A stretch of 63,069 nucleotides of DNA, filler included, from Lenisia limosa (lineage: Eukaryota; Protista; Breviatea), in NCBI GenBank assembly GCA_001655205.1. It is 18 parts of 18 records of this genome, joined end to end, with 100 filler letters (N's around TTAATTAATTAA, not from the genome) between each part and the next. Parts side by side here need not be neighbours in the genome. Positions count along the whole stretch, not along the records: positions 56,115 to 60,228 come from LPNZ01002721.1; positions 60,329 to 61,465 come from LPNZ01001461.1; positions 61,566 to 63,069 come from LPNZ01001942.1; 15 more parts are not named here. One strand, written 5' to 3'. The notes below the pieces were generated by a model. It was not told the origin of the DNA. It saw only the letters and a list, made by a program, of their open reading frames with translations, and did no database searches. The translations under genes were made by a program, and so were the position numbers. Positions 56,590-63,069 of this stretch are shown piece after piece. Positions within the stretch are counted from its first letter, which is position 1. Each line of letters begins with the position of its first letter.

Positions 56590-57700
56590 AAGAGAGATCT
56601 GTTTCTCGCCTACTCTCGGAGGCGGATTCCATGCCCTTCAAGGGTATGTGCGATCATGAGAGCCTTTTTGTCCGCTTCATCTTTAGTTATCAGAAGTAAA
56701 GGCAGGCTCATAGACAACGATAATATGGAACTTATAAAACGCAAGAGACTGGATCTAAAAGATTATGATATTAATAATATAAAAGAGACCAAAAATAGAA
56801 AGATCAATTACAAACCTCGGGGGAAGTATGGACCCTGGCACCATCGACACCTGGCTTGTGGGTGCCATGTCCACCCCGCTCGGATATAATCTCCACATGC
56901 CGGAGCACACTCGTTGTGGAGAAGAACGAGGACCCATTGCAACCAAGTAAATACCTTCTTGGCTTCCTCCCTTGGTTCAACAAGGTTTGGTGCTATGGAG
57001 TCTGGGTTTTTTTGGAAATACTTTGAGATCTGATCAGCGATTGGGTCACCACATGCAGAAAACTGGACGTTCAGCGGCTTTACTTGGGGGGCTTCACGCT
57101 TCTTAGCATCACTCATGATGTCATTACCTCCAAGGATGATGGTGGCGGGGAAGTAGTCTCCAGCGGCAGTAGAGCAGGAAATCGCAGAACCCATCGGCTC
57201 CCCTTTCACGTTCTTAAGGTATCTTGGTCCAAAAGCAGTCTTATCAGCTTAGTGAATATGTGAAGGATCGATCTCACATGCTGCATCTGAAGGTGTGGAC
57301 ACCAAGAAGAGGGAAAACAATTCGTCAATACAGTCATTTACCAGAGAAATGGACTGAGTTGTCTTTAATTTCCCATCGACAATCTAATATATTAGCAAGA
57401 GTGAAATCATTCAGTCCAACTCGAATAAACACTGACTACAAGACAAGAGAATGGATCCATGATGCTCACATTGATAAGGGTCTTTTCAACTTCACAGAAT
57501 GATGGGCCAAGGGAAGACCTGGATGTTATCCAGGTGTGATGAGTTTTGCACGCTGACGACATAAATAATATTTTTATGTCATTTAATAGGAATGTAGAGA
57601 AACAGGTATGATGATGAACCTAATCCTCCCCAGGGTTATTTGAGGTCCTCCTATGCAGTTGGTGATCTTTTCAAAATGCGCTTCAAAGTGACCGGAGGGG
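56590..57700 (-). pseudogene. Second decayed pogo/DDE_1-like transposase, apparently with an intron
   Basis: IDPSHIH*ADKTAFGP (about I.N.DETGF), GSAISCSTAAGDYFPATIILGG (about CI.A.G..LPP.II), VFTWLQWVL, GVDGARVHTSP|gt...ag|IQSLAFYKFHIIVVYEPAFTSD. No TIRs were identified. Confidence 0.6.
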
Positions 57701-58401
57701 GGGTATTGTACTTAGGAGGAGGAGTGGTCAAATTGACTACGGGGAGGGGGGGAGGTTTTTAATAAGTGAAGGAGTAATCATTCAATAAGTGCGTACTCTG
57801 ATGAACAGTATAAGTGCGTACTCTGATGTATTTCCCCTTGGAAAGCGGCCTCACCTTGCAGTCCTCCCAACCTTAATTCCATCATCCCCTTCTTGGTCAA
57901 GATTCATGATGGCATACTCATCTCTTGTTAGATGTCTGGTTCGAAATGAACACTATCAATTTGTCAAAGATTCACAGTAATCGCCAATGATTCAATGAAG
58001 ACTCGGATTTTAGGTACGATTGATAAATTTCAATAAGGCTTGAACGTACAGTGAGTTACATAAGTAATGGCAAAAAGTTGTTCCTTATAACTTGTCGCAA
58101 AATAGGTCTTATTCTCTGAAAATTTTGTCCTTTTATTGGGATTTGAACTATATTTTATTTTTTGCACACAATGTTGTTGTAAAATAATTTATGATGTGTT
58201 TTTAACGAAATAAAAAAACAATACCACTTGTAATACCATAAAAAATCAGTTGAAAATTTCTAGTACTTAAGTTGGCTCGCCCCACTTGGTGGCGATGACA
58301 GCCAAAAAAACATTATGGTATTGTGTCAATCAGGTTTCTCATCTCTTTTGAGGTGGTTTCAAAACAAGCAGATTACTGCTTTTTCATTATATCTGATACA
58401 C

Positions 58402-58482
58402 GCAGCTGGGTGATTACTGCCTAACCAGGCTCAGTCTGTCACACCTCTGTGTGATTTCAGAGAAGGGGGAATAATGCAATAG
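58402..58482 (+). repeat. About 85-bp dispersed repeat, copy 2 (see 4357-4440)
   Basis: GCAGCTGGGTGATTACTGCCTAACCAGGCTCAGTCTGTCACACCTCTGTGTGATTTCAG. Confidence 0.75.
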
Positions 58483-60535
58483 AGTGATATGTTTGTGTCG
58501 AAACACACAGTAACCTGCCCAGCGTCTACTTGAAGAAGACTCTCTGATGTTGTGTGAGATGCGTTGGGAGTTGAAACAAAAGTTAGCTTAAAAATCTCAA
58601 ATGCGTTTCAAATTGTCTCACAATCACCAACACTCAGAAATTTGAAGGTTCAGACTTGACAGGTGTGCAAGACTATTGTTCTTGATACTTGATGTTCTTG
58701 TTTGTATTTTCTAATAAGAAACTGACACTAAACTACATCCCTTGATGTAATACTAACAAATGTATTTCAATTTCTGGGATAACACAGAATGTAATGGAGG
58801 ATTCAGATTCACATTTGAAGAGCAAATTTGATCCTCTATAGTATTCAATATAAACAAGAACCAACCTTTCTTTTCAAAATTTCAAATTCTTCAAGTAAAG
58901 AGTAGTTATATAAGAAAGGACCCAATTGACGACCTGTCCACGCATCAAATGAAGACAACAGAAGCAAGGTTCCCAGTCAAATAGAAGTGTAGGGAGACTC
59001 CTGATACGTTTTGGGAGAAATTTTGAGTTATGATCTGATCTGTGATTCTTATTTTGTTCTGAAAAAGACTCCTCCATACCTCAGTTTTGCTACTATTACA
59101 TACCTCCCACCTTCTGCGTCATTATTTACTCTAGATCATTTGCTTGGGGTTATAACGGTGGCAGCTTATTTGCTTGGGGTTGAGGATCTGGTCACGGTGG
59201 CTGACAATTCAATTAGGGGGTTTTGTGTGACAGTCCCAAGAATAAGACCGGAATGGTTGCTTTCGTTCTAAAACCATCAAAACGGGGCCTTTGGGACGAA
59301 CCTTCAGTCTGAGAAGATTGCCAATAGCGGTGTGAAGGTCAAGGACGGACCAGGTCCAGGAAGGTTCCTTTGAGGCCACTACTGTAGGCGCTGGGTGGAA
59401 TCCAAGATGTTCAGGAACATCCGGCGGGCAGTTAAGTAGCAGCGGTTCTTTCGGACGCCGCTCCGAGCTCACCAGGGACCACCCCCATCGTTGTCAACAT
59501 AAGACTGGCGGTGGCTTCGGCAATCCTGTCCGCCCCGATGCTATGGTGAATGGACACCGTTCTATTTGGCTCAACAGAAACAGAGACAAACACAACTCCA
59601 GCATCACCGCTCAGCTTTCTGGCAAGGTTGGCCTGGTGCATCTAAATAATAATAATAATATTAAATATATCATATGCGTGTCCCGCGGACTAGAATTGGT
59701 GGGTGAAAAGGCGCGCAAAAAAAGAGTTTCTGGTGAATGCGTTTTATATGTGCCCTATTTGCATTTGTAATGGTAAGATGTACATGGAAACGGGCAGTCT
59801 GAAGAGAGAAGAACTGAGGTAGACAAGACTTCTGAAAGAGTCCCTTAAACATGAAGGTCTAACGCCGCTTACAGGTGTTTTTAACGTAAACTGAAGCCTT
59901 TTCAACCGGAATAGAACGGAACTCTTGACCAAAGTGCGTTGATCTCGAGACTGTGATGGTAAATTGCCTACCGCTTACCCGAATATATAATAACAAACCT
60001 GTTGATAAACTAAAACCGTTGAAGGAGACTTTGAAACCGTAAACGGTATAATTCGTAAGAGACCAAAATTGTATAGTAGTTTACCTTGAGGGCCACCCCG
60101 TGGCGAGCCGACCCAACAGAGCTAAAGATCGGAAAAGATCGGTGAAAATAAACTTATTCCTATATCTGCAGCAGGGGGGTGACGGTCTTTGTATAAACCC
60201 CCCAGGTGCCGGTATAATGACCATTTTTNNNNNNNNNNNNNNNNNNNNNNNNNNNNNNNNNNNNNNNNNNNNTTAATTAATTAANNNNNNNNNNNNNNNN
60301 NNNNNNNNNNNNNNNNNNNNNNNNNNNNTCTGAAACCAAGAGAGAGAGTGAGTGAGAGAGAGATAATATATATGGATTATTGTATAATAATTCACCCAAT
60401 CATTTGCCTTAATACTCTGTGCACACAGCTTTCTGTGTGCCTCCCCAGCATAATAATTCACGCAATTATTTCCAGCATACTTCCTCTTCTATTTCTCATC
60501 TCCACAGAAAAATTCACGTATTAGTCCCAGCATAC

Positions 60536-60859
60536 AGGACATGATTGAAATAATGGCGTGCTTGTCATCAATGATTTCCTCCAGGTCAGAGAGCATCATA
60601 GGGGCTAGAGGATGAGCCAAGATGCAATGTACAGGAGTGAGAATGGAATTGGGGCTTCACCTTAAAAAAAAAAGCACAAGATATTTGTAGAATCATCATA
60701 TTATGAAAATTGAGGGCAAAAACAAAACAAAAACAAACGGAGTACATGATGTGTACTTATTGCCCAGAGCATGAAACAATATGATTGTATACTATATGAT
60801 ATACAAACGGCCGGGTTACCTCCTCGCAGCTCTTCGACTATCTCCATCTTTTCCTCGTG
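60536..60859 (-). CDS. Two exons of an unidentified protein
   Basis: CAG|HEEKMEIVEELRG|GT and LAHPLAPMMLSDLEEIIDDKHAIISIMS|GT. Confidence 0.4.
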
Positions 60860-61044
60860 CTGGAAGATGAGAAATTGAGGCAAAATGAGAAGAACATGAG
60901 TAATACATAATTATATATTTATATAATATATGATATGCATATAAGTTATATATCAACATGTATTATGTATCGATATATATGTACATGTATGTCTATATAC
61001 TATTTGCGTATAATATATAGCAATGAGAATTGAAAAATAAGGTT

Positions 61045-61155
61045 GTCTGACCGAAGCCTTCCAAACCATCACGCTAATCAGAGATATTGGATTATAGTAT
61101 TCACCCAATCATTTGTCTTACAAATCTGTTTTCTGCGTGCCTCCCCAGCATACAA
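61045..61155 (+). repeat. Dispersed repeat family C
   Basis: GACCGAAGCCTTCCAAACCATCACGC..AGAGATATTGGATT..CACCCAATCATTTG..TTTCTGCGTGCCTCCCCAGCATA. Confidence 0.8.
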
Positions 61156-61879
61156 TATAGTATGAATAGATATGCAGATTGATACGAGAAAAGAAAATAA
61201 TAATAATGGGGGAGGGTATGTTGATGAAAAAGGTGATATCTGGCCGAAATTGGCCACATGTGTAACATCGAAAAATAGTATGATATAAAATCAATGGTAT
61301 CATAGTGTGGTGACAAGGGTCAATATGTTGCATAATGGGAATATACTTGGGGGAAGCGTTTGCTTGCGATATTTCGAACTGTAGGGAAGCCGGGAGGTTG
61401 GGGGTGGAGTGATTGTTTGTGTGGGTGAAAGAATGTTTGTGTGTCAATATAACCCCCCCCATCCCNNNNNNNNNNNNNNNNNNNNNNNNNNNNNNNNNNN
61501 NNNNNNNNNTTAATTAATTAANNNNNNNNNNNNNNNNNNNNNNNNNNNNNNNNNNNNNNNNNNNNCCATCCACAACATTATGTTAATAAGCGATTTTTAA
61601 AAATCAGTTTATTCAAAACCGCATCGCAAGGGTTTTTGTTGTATTTGGAAGAAAGTCTGCTCGTGAGTTGACGAGTTTCAAATAGTAAAAACAAAACATC
61701 ATCAAAAATTGGTTGATCGTCAATTGAGGAAACGAGAAGATGGAAGAAAAGCCGACGTGACAGACGGAAACCAATTCATCCACTGTTTCTTATCCAAAAA
61801 GAGACATTACGTCAATAGAAGGGAAGAGGAAGCATAGAGGCTTGAAATTCGAGAAGATCAACGACGGGTCCTTGCAAAC

Positions 61880-62971
61880 CTTGCGAATGTTCCTTCTTGA
61901 CATCGACTTGACAGCAACGCGCCGAAGATTCGTCTCATCAATGCCTTCGCGAACAACTCCGAAAGTACCTAAAAAATGATGCCCGGATTAAATTGTATAG
62001 TGCGTTATACTGGTCGGAGATTTGGTATTGAACCTGTAGATAGCAAAAAGAGGTACCGGATTATGGAACAGAAGGGAATAAATTCTTACCTTCACCTAGT
62101 ACATGGCCTAGAATGTACTTCTTAACGCGGAATAGCGTGTTTTCGGATCCATAAACAACATCTAAAGTGCCGTTTCCTCCGGAGTTGAGCTTTTTGTAAA
62201 AGGAATCGCGTTGGAGCTCCTCTCTTGCTTCTTCTAGGGACTTAACCTCTTTCTTTTCACTAATAGGGGCATATTCAACGGCTACCGGTTCGCTTTTGAA
62301 CTTCACTTCACGAACAACATCGGAGTCTTGAAGATCGCTTGGCTTGGCGCCCCACTTGTGCTGGGCAACACCATGAATAGGCGGCATAGCGGTCATATGA
62401 ACAGCCGGACGACCAAACATTACATCAGCGCCAGACCATTCATCGCCGGAACTACTTTCCGAGCCACTATCACTATCATACCATCCTCCTCCAACAACGC
62501 CGCTATACGAGCTTGTTATGGGCCCAGCACTGGACATGGATGCTGCGGGGCTTGGGCGATAGCTCTGCCAAGGCCATTCAGCATGCTGAACTGCCGGCAT
62601 GCTACAGGCAAGCTCTTCTTGATGGGCAGGGGAGCTTGGAAAGGGGATGCTTGACGACGATGATGTTGGCGTTGAATAAGGGAAGTCATTATGGGGGGAT
62701 AGAGGAGGTGAGGCGTGGGATGGTGGAATGGCAGCAATGGGACGATGGGGATGGGGGGCTTGGGGAAGAACAGTGAAGCCTGAAATGGTTTCGGGAGTAA
62801 TTCGGGACGGAGGGAGAGGTGGGAGGGAGCCTGAGACTTCATGCTCGGAACACTGGCTTTGAGACGACATAGCCCGGCGCCGTGCTGCCTGAGGTGATGT
62901 TGGCGGAGAGAGAATAGTGTGGGGAGAGCGGGGAGGCTTGTTGGGCGATGCTGATGCGGCTGCATTGACTC
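61880..62971 (-). CDS. STK11: Ser/Thr protein kinase, LKB1/STK11-like, with a long low-complexity N-terminus; partial at both ends
   Basis: Exons 62090-62971 and 61880-61968 give RVKKYILGHVLGEG|TFGVVREGIDETNLRRVAVKSMSRRNIRK. This resembles LKB1 subdomains I-II (KY.MG.LLGEGSYGKVKE.LD.ETL.R.AVKI.KK.KLRR). Only these subdomains are visible. Confidence 0.75.
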
Positions 62972-63069
62972 CTAAAGCGGTTAATCCGATTTGTCTCTAC
63001 AGGGACCAAACAGACCAAGGGCAAATTAGGTTCTTGTGAAAGCACGCAATTACCTTGTTATATATATAT

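Noticed and set aside
59209-59940. GC-richer minus-strand frames suggesting a gene
   Set aside because: The frames do not join consistently and no family motif was recognised.
6091-61565. Regularly recurring TTAATTAATTAA motif, and apparent clustering of chromatin/mitosis genes (Rad21, ING, INCENP, PARP)
   Set aside because: The motif always sits in an exact N44/N44 frame, so it is a synthetic spacer. Genes on different contigs are not shown to be linked.

Overview
This window is not contiguous. It is 18 short genomic contigs (about 1.1-8.3 kb) joined by an artificial 100-nt linker (44 N + TTAATTAATTAA + 44 N, 17 copies), so adjacency across linkers has no biological meaning. The DNA comes from an intron-rich eukaryote that I cannot assign (protist-like). 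It uses the standard code: TAA, TAG and TGA all end recognisable genes. I assembled exons by hand and matched motifs to family consensus from memory, without any database search. This gives mostly partial genes: VPS13-like, a Cys-rich multipass membrane protein, an SDR, Cactin, a Rad21/Rec8 kleisin, an ING-family PHD protein, a divergent sirtuin, a secreted protein, a NIPA/DUF803 transporter, a HUWE1/Tom1-like HECT ligase, a WGR-PARP, XPO1/CRM1, INCENP and an LKB1-like kinase. Introns are heavily loaded with small repeats (several MITE families, foldbacks, minisatellites), and there is a 2.7-kb decayed pogo/DDE_1 transposon with intact TIRs. The most unusual signal is in the intron architecture. 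Donors are often followed by G-runs, and acceptors use a branch point 6-10 nt from the AG with a C-run. A dispersed intronic repeat (family B) is always sense to its host gene and often forms the intron 3' end. Splice-junction sequences are repeatedly duplicated in tandem. No rRNA, convincing tRNA or CRISPR array was found.
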